This document shows, piece by piece, positions 1 to 10,045 of a DNA stretch of 42,233 nucleotides; position 1 is the first letter of the stretch; each line of letters begins with the position of its first letter. The translations under genes were made by a program, and so were the position numbers. The stretch covers positions 1-42,233 of the forward strand of contig JBGCFK010000343.1 in assembly GCA_045106875.1 (NCBI GenBank), read 5' to 3'. Under the pieces are notes generated by a model that was not told where the DNA came from, searched no databases, and worked only from the letters and a program-made list of their open reading frames with translations. Source of the stretch: Paracoccaceae bacterium (GTDB lineage: Bacteria > Pseudomonadota > Alphaproteobacteria > Rhodobacterales > Rhodobacteraceae).

Positions 1-2363
1 CTGTCCGCGCCGTCGCCGCCAAAAAGCGAACTTGCGAGCGCGCCGACGACCAGCACGTCATCGTTTGCTCCGCCATAAAGCAGGAAATTTATGTCCACGC
101 CTGAGTCGACGATCAGCACGTCATTGCCCACGCCGAAGGCGCCCGTGATGGTGTTGACGATCTCGCCGGGCTCTTCGCCGATGATCTGGGTGATGCCGAA
201 GGATTCTACCGCATAGCCGGGCCGGGGCGGCTCGCCTTCATTGGTGGCCGGGAAGCCGATGGTGAAGACTTCGCGAATGGCGGGCGTGTTGCCGTCCGAG
301 TCGATGTCCGTCTCGGGGATGCTGGGATCCTCGTCGGTTGGTCCGGGCAGGTTTCTGGACGCGGCGTCGTCTCCGACATTGAGCCGCCATGTGCCTGTGC
401 CTGCGTCGACGAGCGTTGCAAGCTCGGCATCGTCGACTTCGACATCGGGGCTCGAGGACCCGTGCGGTCCCTCGCAAGGCGCGAAGTTGAACTGAGCAAG
501 GACCGCATCGGCGAGAACCTTGCTGATCGTGACTGAGAACGGCCCGAAGCCGACCCGCAGCGATGCCTTGACGAAGGCCTCGATGGCGCCCTCTATATCC
601 CCAAAGATGCAGGGCAGGGGCAGATCACCCAGATGGCTACGACCCTGCGCGTCCTGACCGCCCAGATTGATGCCGAGGGTACCCGTGATCCCGCCGGAGA
701 TCCCGGCCCGAACCAGAACGGCGTCCAGTGCCAGCCCGGCCTCCAAGGTTAGCTGGGTCTCGGCAATTGGGTCGAAGCCGCCTTCGCCGTCCGGGTCTGC
801 GCCGATGAAGAAGCCGTCGAGGAAGCTGGGGTTCTCGGCAAAGATACCCTTGGTCGAATAGCCGACATTGATGTCGACTCCGGCCGTGAAGCCGCCGCCT
901 ATGGTGACGACCAGCGGGCCGAAGACGCGGAATGCGATCTCCTTGCTGACCTCGAACTCCAGCCCGGGTACGCCGTACTGGATCAGCGAAATTCCTTCTT
1001 CGGCGACGGACACACCGTTCAGCAGCAATTGTGCAAGCAGTTGTGGGCCCTCGGTCAGGAACGGCAGTTCCAATCCTTCCAGATCCGCGACATCGGCAAA
1101 GCCACTGTCGATTCCCTCCAGCGCGTCGAGGATTGCGTCACCCGGGCCGGGCAGATCGGGGAACAGTTCGTCGAACCCGATATCGCCGCCATCGATCAGG
1201 TTGCTCAGCGATTCGCCATCCAGCGACAGACTGCCAAGAACCAGCCCTTCGTCCGAGCCGAGATCCGACAAGGCGTCGATGAACTCAGCGATGTTCACGA
1301 TGGTGACCAGGAAATCGAGTGCCGCATTGCCGTTCGACCAAAGCTCGACCAGATCCTGAAACGTGTTGATCTCGCTGAACTCCGAGATGACCGGGATCTT
1401 CTTGCCGAACAGTTCTCGAAGTTGCTTGAGTGGGAAGACGTCGACGATGCTCAGCAGCTCGCCCAGCACGCCGTCGAACAGGGATGCCAGCGCGTCCGAG
1501 CGGACGGATACCTGGTTGAGTGCGAAGGAGGGAGTGACGTCTGGCAGGCCGCCGCCCAGCAGGTCAGTCTCCTCGAGGTTAAGGCCGACAGCCAGCGCGG
1601 CGCGGATCTGTGGGAGCAACCCGATGCCGAACGATTCGGTCTCGACCACGATGTCCGCGTTCAGCCCGCCCGATACTGTGGCTGTTGCAGCCGCGCCTCC
1701 GCCTGTTCCGATCACGCCCGGGTCAATGTCCAGCGCAATCTGAAGGGTCAATTCATCAATGACGGCAGGGTCCGTTTCGACAGTAACGCCCAGCAGGCCC
1801 AGTTGGGCGCCACCTGAGAAATCAAAATCACCGATCAGTGCCAGCGTAAATTCCGGATCGACGCCGTCAGTGAAACTCAAGGCTGTTAGTGGATCGCTTG
1901 CAGCGTCCGAAACGTCAAACGCCAGTTCGAAGGCGAAGCCTGCTGTTGCATCGATATCGACGGAGCTTTCAATATCCAGGCCGAGGCCCGGGAATCCAAG
2001 ATCCACCGACCCGGCCAGATCGACCAAGTTGGCAGTGAGAGTGTCTCCAAGAGTTATCGCAACCTCGTCAGCCTCGGACCCGGTGGCGGCCGACAGAAAA
2101 CCGAGCCCGGCCGAGTTCAGCGCATCACGCAGCGCAGTCGCGCGGGCCTCATGATCGTTGGGGTCAATAAGGCTCAGGTCGACCGCGTTCACAGCGGCGA
2201 GGATCGCATCGCGTGTTGCTTGAAGCTGGGTGATGATGTCGCCCATCACGCCGTCCGCGCCTGAAACGGCAGGCAGCAAGTCCAATGGAACGTCATTCTG
2301 AAGTGTTGCGATCAGGTCGTCGAAAAATGACTCGATTGAAGTTGAGAGCGCGTCCTGTTCCAT
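1..2363 (-). CDS. Large acidic RTX-type calcium-binding secreted protein, partial (continues past position 1)
   Basis: Manual translation from the ATG at 2363 (MEQDALSTSIESFFDDL...) stays open for ~787 codons to the window edge. Asp/Gly/Leu-rich, no signal peptide. RTX-like nonapeptides start near the edge (FGVGNDVLI, YGGANDDVLV, FGGDGAD). Missing from the ORF track because no stop lies in the window. Confidence 0.85.
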   Translation of the reverse strand, partial: MEQDALSTSIESFFDDLIATLQNDVPLDLLPAVSGADGVMGDIITQLQATRDAILAAVNAVDLSLIDPNDHEARATALRDALNSAGLGFLSAATGSEADEVAITLGDTLTANLVDLAGSVDLGFPGLGLDIESSVDIDATAGFAFELAFDVSDAASDPLTALSFTDGVDPEFTLALIGDFDFSGGAQLGLLGVTVETDPAVIDELTLQIALDIDPGVIGTGGGAAATATVSGGLNADIVVETESFGIGLLPQIRAALAVGLNLEETDLLGGGLPDVTPSFALNQVSVRSDALASLFDGVLGELLSIVDVFPLKQLRELFGKKIPVISEFSEINTFQDLVELWSNGNAALDFLVTIVNIAEFIDALSDLGSDEGLVLGSLSLDGESLSNLIDGGDIGFDELFPDLPGPGDAILDALEGIDSGFADVADLEGLELPFLTEGPQLLAQLLLNGVSVAEEGISLIQYGVPGLEFEVSKEIAFRVFGPLVVTIGGGFTAGVDINVGYSTKGIFAENPSFLDGFFIGADPDGEGGFDPIAETQLTLEAGLALDAVLVRAGISGGITGTLGINLGGQDAQGRSHLGDLPLPCIFGDIEGAIEAFVKASLRVGFGPFSVTISKVLADAVLAQFNFAPCEGPHGSSSPDVEVDDAELATLVDAGTGTWRLNVGDDAASRNLPGPTDEDPSIPETDIDSDGNTPAIREVFTIGFPATNEGEPPRPGYAVESFGITQIIGEEPGEIVNTITGAFGVGNDVLIVDSGVDINFLLYGGANDDVLVVGALASSLFGGDGAD

Positions 2364-2637
2364 TGTCTGTTCCCCCTGCCGCAAACGCGGCGAACATAAA
2401 TACAATCCTGCCGTCCAGGCACACGGACGTTCTGTGACAAATGATACTTTTCAAAAGGCCGGTGCGCGGGCTTGGTGCGCGCTATCACCGCAGGGAGAAT
2501 CGTCCCACAGTTGCCATCCGCTGTCCAGCCAAAGCCAATCTGGACCGAACATCGCGGCGGAGCACTGGCCTTTGTGGTGCAGCAGACCTATGATTTGACA
2601 CAACAAAACAGGCCGCATCAGGAACAAGAGGCGATAG

Positions 2638-3270
2638 ATGTCAGATATTGCAGCGAAGTTGAAAGCGGCCCGTGTGGCGCCGGTCGTTAGAACTTCGACC
2701 GAATCTGCTGCGCGCCGTGGTGTGGCCTTGCTGGCAGAGGAAGGTTTCGACTTGTTCGAAATCACGCTGACGACACCGGGGGCGATGGCGATCATTGCAG
2801 ATCTGGCGCGCGATCCTGCACTGACGATCGGTGTGGGCACTGTTCTGAATGTCGATCAGGGGCGGACTGCCATAGATGCCGGTGCGTCCTTCGTGGTGTC
2901 ACCCGCGTTCATTCCGGGATTGGCCGAGGCTGGAGCTGCCGCGGGCACGCCTGTTGCGTTGGGTGCCGCCACGCCCACAGAGGCTTTGCGGGCACACGAG
3001 GCCGGGGCGGCCTTTGTCAAAGTCTTTCCGGCGGCCCAGTTGGGCGGGCCTGGCTTCGTCAAGGCGCTTAAGTCGGTTTATCCAACGATCGAGATCATGC
3101 CCACTGGCGGGATCGAATCGGGGGACCTGCACGCCTATTTTGCGGCTGGGGCAGTCTGCGTCGGCATGGGTGGAAAGCTTGTGGCTGATGCCGCGTTGCA
3201 AACCGGCGATGACGGCGCAATCCGGTCGGCTGCTCGTGCGGTGCGAGACGTATTGTCTGAGCTGGCATGA
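2638..3270 (+). CDS. eda: KDPG/KHG aldolase
   Basis: EITLTTP, IGVGTVL, FVVSP, KVFPA and MPTGGI motifs; ATGA overlap with kdgK. Confidence 0.9.
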   Translation: MSDIAAKLKAARVAPVVRTSTESAARRGVALLAEEGFDLFEITLTTPGAMAIIADLARDPALTIGVGTVLNVDQGRTAIDAGASFVVSPAFIPGLAEAGAAAGTPVALGAATPTEALRAHEAGAAFVKVFPAAQLGGPGFVKALKSVYPTIEIMPTGGIESGDLHAYFAAGAVCVGMGGKLVADAALQTGDDGAIRSAARAVRDVLSELA

Positions 3271-4169
3271 GCGATATCCTTTGCCTTGGCGAGCCATTGG
3301 TCGAGTTCGTTCGCCTCGAAAATGGTAACTACCGACGCGGGATCGGCGGCGATACGTCGAACGCTGCTATTGCCGCCGCCCGTCAAGGGGCTTCGGTGGG
3401 CTATCTGACTGCGCTGGGAGCGGACCGGTTCGGTGATGCAATCGTCGAGTTCTGGGCTCGGGAGGGCGTGGACGCAACCAATGTGGAGCGCAGTGCGGCT
3501 GCGCCTACTGGCATCTACTTTGTCGACCCGGACCCGGAGGGACGGTTTTTCACTTACTACCGCGCGGGATCTGCAGCGTCGCTAATGTCTGCGAAGAACC
3601 TGCCTTTGGATGCAATCCGGGCCGCGCGGTGTTTGCATCTGAGCGGGATCACGCTTGCAGTGTCATCGGAGCTGCGCCTCACCGGTCTGGCGGCAATGCG
3701 CGCGGCGCATGAGGCGGGGGTAGAGGTCTCGCTCGACACCAATTTGCGGTTGAAGCTGTGGGATATCGAAACCGCGCGAGCGACCACTGAAGATGCGATG
3801 GCGCTTGCGACCGTTGCGGTCACAAGTATTGACGACAGTGCGCATTTGACTGGTCTGGCTGTCCCGTCCGAGATCGCTGCGTTCTATCATGGCCTTGGAC
3901 CGAAGATCGTGTTGGTCACGATGGGAGCAGAGGGATGCCATCTCTCCGTCGAAGGTCATGCAACGCTCATCTCGCCGATCAAGGCGCAACCAATTGACTC
4001 GACCGGGGCAGGGGACAGCTTCGCTGGTTCATTCCTTGCCTGGTGGCTGGAGACGGGAGATCCTGTGCTGGCGGGACAACGGGCAGCGCGGGTCGCTGCT
4101 GGAACAGTCTCGGGATTGGGCGCTGTAGACCCAATCCCGATGCGCACCGCTGTCTTGGGCGCCGAATAG
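3267..4169 (+). CDS. kdgK: 2-dehydro-3-deoxygluconokinase (PfkB family)
   Basis: GGDTSNAAIAAARQG, DTNLRLKLW and DSTGAGDSF signatures; coupled to eda. Confidence 0.88.
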   Translation: MSDILCLGEPLVEFVRLENGNYRRGIGGDTSNAAIAAARQGASVGYLTALGADRFGDAIVEFWAREGVDATNVERSAAAPTGIYFVDPDPEGRFFTYYRAGSAASLMSAKNLPLDAIRAARCLHLSGITLAVSSELRLTGLAAMRAAHEAGVEVSLDTNLRLKLWDIETARATTEDAMALATVAVTSIDDSAHLTGLAVPSEIAAFYHGLGPKIVLVTMGAEGCHLSVEGHATLISPIKAQPIDSTGAGDSFAGSFLAWWLETGDPVLAGQRAARVAAGTVSGLGAVDPIPMRTAVLGAE

Positions 4170-4188
4170 CCTGAAGGCCTGAGGTCCG

Positions 4189-6414
4189 TCAGAGATCAAG
4201 GCTCTCCGGTGCGACGCCGTCCATGTCGATGTCAAACAACAGCGTATCGTCTGCGATCAGGTCCCCGTTTTCATCCAGCGTGACCTCCAGCAGGGCAGTC
4301 GTGGTCTGGCCAGCAAAGATCCCCAGACCCGCAACTGACGCGATGTCGAGATCATAGCCTAGCGGCGTTTCATCGAAATCTGCGGCAGTGAAGTCGAAGC
4401 TGTCGAGCTCGGTTCCGGTTTCGTCGAGAAAGCGCAGGGTCGCGTCCAGAATGGTGTCCCGCGCAAATGGCGCTCGGCCCAGTGAATTCGCCAACGCCTC
4501 CGGATCCAGCACGATCTCTGCCCCCCCGGTATTGTCCATCGGCTCGAGAAATTCCGTACTGACATCCGAGCCGACCCCGATCGCGTGCACCGACGCTTGC
4601 GCGCGCAGGTCAGCCGAAAACAGCGAGATGAAGAATGGCGGCTGGCTTCCTGGCGGAGTCGGGTCACCATCGGACAGGAAATAGACCTGATTGTTGGCAT
4701 TGCCGAACGCCGCCTCCAGATCCAGCACGGATTGGGTGGTCGCACCGATGGCAGCCAGATAATTGGTCTCGCCGCCCGGCGTCAGCGCATCCAGAACCGC
4801 ATCGATACCTGCCTGATCCAACGGCGCATTGCCCCCCCCACCAAGCGTGACTGCCTCGAATAGACCGTCTTGCGGCCCCTGCGGATCAGAGAACGGAATG
4901 ATCGAAATGGTTACGGCGTCGTCCGGAATGCCGATCTCCAGAATGTCTGCGGTCAGGGCCTTCAACGCCTCTACTTCGGCCTCCAGCACGGTCTTTCCGG
5001 TTGCAAAACTGTCCAGCGCGCCGGTGGAGCTCGACACGTCGATCACAAAGACAAAGTTGTACTGTTCGGTTGCGATATCGCCGAAATCGACCGAGATCGA
5101 GAAGTCCTGCGAGGGGCCACATAATTCCTGCGGTGTGTCGAACGAGACCGTATAAGCGTCGCCGCTTGGCAGGACGGACAGCTGGCTGGTGCGCAGGGGC
5201 GGTGGGCAGACGCCTTCGCCAATCACTGTCACTGACACTGTGGCCGTATCGAACAGCGAGCCGTCGGAGATCTGGTATTCGAACGTGACTGTCGCTGTCT
5301 GACCATCCACCAAGCCCACGAAGTCAGCGCCGGTTTCGAAGATCACCTGGCCCGCCTCGTCGATGCTTACGGAGCCATTCAGCGGCCCCGACAACAGCTC
5401 CAGTGTCAGATCATCGCCATCCGGGTCGGAATCGTTTACCAACAGATCGAGCACAGTGGTTGAAGTCTCGGCCACCGTGAACGCATCATCCTCGGCTATG
5501 GGAGGTGCGTTCTGAGCTTGTGGCTTTTCACAGAAAGTCAGCGCGTCGATCCGGGCAAACTCCCAGGCGTCGCGAGTGCCGCGCAGTTCGATCTCGTCGC
5601 CCTGCGACAGCAGGATGTCCTCGATCTTGGTGTTCGAGATCGACGACCAGTCCCCGCCATTGCCGTTGTTGTTTGCAGTGAGGTCTATCGTGTGCAGCAG
5701 ATTGCCGTTCACCCACACTTCTATGCTGCCCTCGCCGTCACATTCGTCGATATAGGCAAGGTCCAGATCGTAGAGGCCCGTTTGTCCCCCGAAGGTAACA
5801 GAGGCGGTTCCCGTATCCTGACGCAGTCGGATCACTTCGCCACCCGAGGCAGCGTGCACATCGTCGACCTTGTAGCCGCGCAGCGCCATGTCCTCGGCTT
5901 CGATGGTCAACTTGCCATCAACGTCGAATTCCCACTTCAGGCCAGCCGAAAGGTCGCGATAGTCGATCCAGTTGCTACAGACATTGCCCTTGCCGGCAAC
6001 TGTCAGCTCTGCGCCTGCGGGTGGCACATTTCCGACGAACGCATAGAAGTCGTCCAGATCTGTGTCAGCCGTACAGGCAACCTCGATTTCGACCATGTAA
6101 TAGCAATTCCCGTGCTGGTCATGCAGCACGTAGTATTCCTCGGCATAGATTTTCTGATCGTCATGCAGGAGTTCGCCGTCAACTTCGATATCCGCGATCT
6201 GCCAGGACCGGTCATCGCCAAGTTCGTTGCGGTATGCGTCGCCTGAAAGGCTGCCATCATTGTCGGTCACCGAGATGCACGCGGTCGCGCTGCCGGGCAT
6301 GGAGAAACTGTCGCCGCAGCCAAGCTCGGTATCCGAGCCGTTCAGAACGTCTGCTCCGGTCAGGGCGGTGAACTCGTAGGTCTGGACGGTGTCGGATGGC
6401 GGGCAATAGGTCAT
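4189..6414 (-). CDS. Multidomain secreted protein: CBM6/35-like, cadherin/Ig-like and vWA domains
   Basis: TIEAEDM...ASGG...ARIDALTF (CBM-like); NAPPIAEDD...NDSDPDGD...FEYQISDG (cadherin-like); FVIDVSSST, GGETNY and FLSDG (vWA MIDAS). GAGGAG RBS upstream. Confidence 0.8.
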   Translation of the reverse strand: MTYCPPSDTVQTYEFTALTGADVLNGSDTELGCGDSFSMPGSATACISVTDNDGSLSGDAYRNELGDDRSWQIADIEVDGELLHDDQKIYAEEYYVLHDQHGNCYYMVEIEVACTADTDLDDFYAFVGNVPPAGAELTVAGKGNVCSNWIDYRDLSAGLKWEFDVDGKLTIEAEDMALRGYKVDDVHAASGGEVIRLRQDTGTASVTFGGQTGLYDLDLAYIDECDGEGSIEVWVNGNLLHTIDLTANNNGNGGDWSSISNTKIEDILLSQGDEIELRGTRDAWEFARIDALTFCEKPQAQNAPPIAEDDAFTVAETSTTVLDLLVNDSDPDGDDLTLELLSGPLNGSVSIDEAGQVIFETGADFVGLVDGQTATVTFEYQISDGSLFDTATVSVTVIGEGVCPPPLRTSQLSVLPSGDAYTVSFDTPQELCGPSQDFSISVDFGDIATEQYNFVFVIDVSSSTGALDSFATGKTVLEAEVEALKALTADILEIGIPDDAVTISIIPFSDPQGPQDGLFEAVTLGGGGNAPLDQAGIDAVLDALTPGGETNYLAAIGATTQSVLDLEAAFGNANNQVYFLSDGDPTPPGSQPPFFISLFSADLRAQASVHAIGVGSDVSTEFLEPMDNTGGAEIVLDPEALANSLGRAPFARDTILDATLRFLDETGTELDSFDFTAADFDETPLGYDLDIASVAGLGIFAGQTTTALLEVTLDENGDLIADDTLLFDIDMDGVAPESLDL

Positions 6415-6469
6415 GTTAACTCCTCAAACGCGAACCGGTGCCGCATAGTCCAGAGATGTTAAATTGCTG

Positions 6470-6498
6470 AAAACGGGTCGGGCGTTGCTGCCCGGCCC
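6470..6498 (-). terminator. Possible intrinsic terminator after the tadG-like gene
   Basis: Minus strand reads GGGCCGGGC-AGCAAC-GCCCGACCC-GTTTT; one stem mismatch and a short U tract. Confidence 0.4.
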
Positions 6499-6511
6499 AC
6501 GCGCGTGCGGC

Positions 6512-7846
6512 TTACTCGACGACGCTTACCGACGAGGCCACCTGGATGGTTTGCGCCGGGGGGAACAGGCAGTGCATCATCATTGTTCCATTGCCGCTGA
6601 ACTCGATGGTGTTCGCGACGATCTGCGTGCAGTTGGTGAACCCGGTGCTGTTGTTCCCGCTGTAGTCCAGATGTGCCGAGGGCGTGTAGACGGCACCGTT
6701 GAAAGCCGTGCCGGCGGTTCCGCTGATCTGGTGACTGGCCGAAGTCGCATCACGGCTGCCGAAGAACAGGATGCCAGCATATGTGCCTGTGGTGGGTGCA
6801 GTTGCGATGACTGCTGCGGTGCCGTTGAAACGGATCTCGACATCATCGGCCATGTAGAACACGACGCCGGTTCCAGTGACGCTGGCATTGGCATTGATGC
6901 GGAAATCCCCGCCTTCGATCAGATAGATGCCCGGGTCCAGATTCACCGTGCCGCTCAGGTTCAAACCGTTGCAGAAACGCATGGAGGGCATACCGCTTGC
7001 ATGCGGTTCGACCGGCGTGACCGAGGTTGTCTGGTTGTTCTGGCCAACGTTCGAATCTTGGCACGCTCCGGTTGATGCCGGCTCTGGCACACCCGCAAAC
7101 GGGTCGGCTACCGGTGCACGGTTCTGGCGCAGCTCCGGGCAGGTCACGATCAGGCCGCCCGTGGTTGTCGCACTGCCCGTGGTCTGTACGCATCCGGCGA
7201 TCGTAGCACCTCCATGGCCGGACATATCGAAGGCCACGCCCGTTGCGTTCGAGATAAAGTCGCATTGGATCAGATTGATGTTTGACGATCCGGTGATGGT
7301 AATCGCGCCTTGCACATCAGGAGAAAGCGCCAGAATGCAACCCTGACCGCCAGACAAGGCCGTCGCCACCGCCCGCGCGGACAGGTCCAGAGGGGCCGCT
7401 TCGTAGATGGCCGAGAACATGCGCGGAACGGTCTGGGTCACAACAATCTCGATTGCATTTCCGTCCTCGACATAGGCGCCGGAGAGAGGAGGCTGGTTCA
7501 CTGTAACCGAAGTTTGGTTCATGTTCACATCGGACTCGCCGACGATGTAATCGGCCATGCCCTGAAGCGCTGCTTCCTGATCACCCTGATTGGCGCGCAA
7601 CGCGGTGCCATGCGCTGCGACATCTGCGGCGTTCTGAAGCTTGCGGGCGGTCAGGTACCAGTATCCGGTTTCGGCCCCAAGCCCCATGCCGCCAATCATG
7701 ACCGGACTGAGGATCGCGACCACGGCAGCTACCCCGCCAACAGTACTTCGGCGAAATTTGGCGGCGTTGGCGATCAACCGCGATTTACGCGCCTTCGCGC
7801 TTGATCTGAACCTACTCAACACGCTGCTCACCTCTTGGTTTGTCAA
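6512..7846 (-). CDS. Tad/Flp pilus TadG-like protein
   Basis: Basic leader, G-GVA prepilin-like site and hydrophobic helix, ETGYWY...LQNAADVAA, VTVNQPP-SG, ARAVA; C-terminal Gly/Asn/Thr-rich beta region (LDPGIYLIEGG). Start codon uncertain. Confidence 0.8.
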   Translation of the reverse strand: MTNQEVSSVLSRFRSSAKARKSRLIANAAKFRRSTVGGVAAVVAILSPVMIGGMGLGAETGYWYLTARKLQNAADVAAHGTALRANQGDQEAALQGMADYIVGESDVNMNQTSVTVNQPPLSGAYVEDGNAIEIVVTQTVPRMFSAIYEAAPLDLSARAVATALSGGQGCILALSPDVQGAITITGSSNINLIQCDFISNATGVAFDMSGHGGATIAGCVQTTGSATTTGGLIVTCPELRQNRAPVADPFAGVPEPASTGACQDSNVGQNNQTTSVTPVEPHASGMPSMRFCNGLNLSGTVNLDPGIYLIEGGDFRINANASVTGTGVVFYMADDVEIRFNGTAAVIATAPTTGTYAGILFFGSRDATSASHQISGTAGTAFNGAVYTPSAHLDYSGNNSTGFTNCTQIVANTIEFSGNGTMMMHCLFPPAQTIQVASSVSVVE

Positions 7847-7898
7847 AATGCAGCGTAAGTTTTCGCAGATACCTCCTAATTCTGGATGTAAATGTAAT

Positions 7899-7914
7899 GT
7901 AAATCGGCAGTTAA
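7899..7914 (-). promoter_or_regulatory. Near-consensus CtrA box upstream of the tadG-like gene
   Basis: Minus strand TTAA-CTGCCGA-TTTAC, one mismatch to TTAA-N7-TTAAC, in an AT-rich intergenic stretch. Confidence 0.5.
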
Positions 7915-7948
7915 ATTTTCGTAGATTTTGCGGGAATATGCTTCGAAC

Positions 7949-9955
7949 TTAGTTTGTACTCTCGGTGATTTTTCCTCTGCGCCATGCGAACGCGATTGGC
8001 AGTGCCGACACCGCGAACCCCGCGATTGTCAACCCGATCTGGTCCAGTCCCAGAACGCCTCCGATGGGGGCCGCGACCATCACGCCGCCTGCCAGCAGCA
8101 TCAGACGCATGATCGCCGACAGGCCGCCGGATCCAAGCGAGCCCACGAAACTGACAAAGCCCTGCATGGCGGCCGAGATGAACCAGACGCCGATCATGGC
8201 GCAGGCAAGAACAAGCATGACCTCGCCTGCGGGCGCCTCGCCGATCAAAGCCGGGTTGAGCACAAAGAAGAACGGTGCGACATAGATGATACCACCGAGA
8301 CGCATCGCCTCCAGCCCCGTCTGCATGGCATTTGCGCCCGCCATGGTGGCCGCCGCGAACGCGCCCAGTGCGACGGGCGGGGTGATGTAGCTGACCATGC
8401 CCCAGTAGAGAATGAACAGATGCACCGCCAACTCGTTCAGCCCCGCCTGCACCAGCGCAGGCGCAAGCACCACGGCAAGGAAGATGTAGCATGCCGGGAC
8501 TGTCATCCCCATCCCGAAGATGAACGAGGTCAGCGCACCCATGATCAGCAGCATGGCGACTGAGTCCCCCGCCAGATGGATCAGCTCGGTCGCAAGCGGC
8601 CCGGTCAGTCCCGTCGCCTGGAGGGCGCCCACGATCATGCCAATGCCCAGCGGCACTGCCACCAGTACGGCCAAGGTGCGCCCCACCAACCCGATCATAC
8701 TCAGGAAACTGTCCAGCGTGAACCGGTGCGATTTCATCACCTGATTGACCACCAGCAGGATGACGATGGCAATGAAGGGCGCTGTCGTCTCCCAGCGATA
8801 GGCGACCATCAGATAGATCAGCACGGCGAAGACCGAGATATAGATCCACCCGGATTTAAGTGTTGCAATCAGGCGGGGCAGCATCTCGGCTGGCATGCCC
8901 TTCAGGCCGCGGCGCGCCGAATACGCGTCGATCTGGGCGAACAGGCCAAAATAGTAGAGGATTGACGGCACGGCAGCTGCCAGCATGATCTCGACATATG
9001 GTCGGCTCAACCATGAGGCCATGACGAAGGCGGTTGCCCCCATGATGGGCGGCATCAGGACCCCGCCAGTGGAAGCGCACGCCTCGGTCGCGGCGGCATA
9101 GCGGGACGAGAATCCGGTCTTCTTCATGGCTGGGATCGACACCGCGCCAGTTGTCAGCACATTCGAGATCACCGACCCGGACATGGATCCCATGAAGCCG
9201 GAGGCAAAGATTGCGACCTTGGCGGCTCCGCCCCTGTACCGGCCGACAAGGGATAGCGCGAGATCGTTGAAGAACTGGCCTCCGCCGGTGAATTGCAGGA
9301 TCGCGCCGAACAGGATGAAGCCAATCACGAGGTTTCCAAAGGCCCGCATGGGGATGCCGAAGGACGCCTCGGACGAGATCATGAAGAACGGGATCACATC
9401 GCGGAAGGGTTGCTGGAACCCGGAAAGCGGGTCGGGCACATGGCTGGCAAACGTGGGATAGAGCGAGAACACCAGCACGATCCCGAACAATACCAGTCCA
9501 CCTGCGCGCCGGGTGCCCTCAAGAATCAGGGCATAGAGCGCAATGGATAGCCAGATCGCGTGTTCGGGCGCGGCGTACTCCCAGCCATTGTCGAGGCTTT
9601 CCGAGGAGGTCAGCATGAAGAACCCGGCGACACCGACTGTGATTGCTGCCAGCAGCCAGTCATACCAGGGCACGCGGGGTGCCTTGCTGCCGTCGATACG
9701 AAAACAGAGAAATGTCAGCGCCAGGAAGATGCCTGCGAGGATGTAGAGATACATGCCCTCCAGCATCGCGTACCCGCCAAGACGCAGGTTGAAGAGCTGG
9801 TTCACCGCCAGCGCGATTGCGGCCAGTGTGCCTGATATGATGGCCCACCGGGCAGGGCCGCTGAAGCGCGCGCGCTCGGCAGCCCGTTCGGCCTCGATTG
9901 CTTCGGCACCGCGATCGCGGCCGGTCTCTGCGGAGGGCGTCTCATTAGAAGACAT
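7949..9955 (-). CDS. TRAP transporter 4TM/12TM fused permease (TAXI-type)
   Basis: GGAAKVAIFASGFMGSMSGS, EACASTGGVLMPPIMGATAF, GMGMT and ITPPVAL motifs. Start moved to ATG 9955, which follows a GGAGGAGG RBS. Confidence 0.9.
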   Translation of the reverse strand: MSSNETPSAETGRDRGAEAIEAERAAERARFSGPARWAIISGTLAAIALAVNQLFNLRLGGYAMLEGMYLYILAGIFLALTFLCFRIDGSKAPRVPWYDWLLAAITVGVAGFFMLTSSESLDNGWEYAAPEHAIWLSIALYALILEGTRRAGGLVLFGIVLVFSLYPTFASHVPDPLSGFQQPFRDVIPFFMISSEASFGIPMRAFGNLVIGFILFGAILQFTGGGQFFNDLALSLVGRYRGGAAKVAIFASGFMGSMSGSVISNVLTTGAVSIPAMKKTGFSSRYAAATEACASTGGVLMPPIMGATAFVMASWLSRPYVEIMLAAAVPSILYYFGLFAQIDAYSARRGLKGMPAEMLPRLIATLKSGWIYISVFAVLIYLMVAYRWETTAPFIAIVILLVVNQVMKSHRFTLDSFLSMIGLVGRTLAVLVAVPLGIGMIVGALQATGLTGPLATELIHLAGDSVAMLLIMGALTSFIFGMGMTVPACYIFLAVVLAPALVQAGLNELAVHLFILYWGMVSYITPPVALGAFAAATMAGANAMQTGLEAMRLGGIIYVAPFFFVLNPALIGEAPAGEVMLVLACAMIGVWFISAAMQGFVSFVGSLGSGGLSAIMRLMLLAGGVMVAAPIGGVLGLDQIGLTIAGFAVSALPIAFAWRRGKITESTN

Positions 9956-10045
9956 TACGCCTCCTCCCCTGTTCTGTTTTGCCCGAGCGTGACCCATCAG
10001 GGCTCGCCGCGCAACCACAGGGGTGATGGCCTTGGGTGGTGGCTT

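Noticed and set aside
206-2154. Many track ORFs, e.g. 1029-1817 (+), 868-1359 (+)
   Set aside because: Antisense or off-frame shadows of the long minus-strand RTX frame; Ser/Pro/Arg-rich with no motifs.
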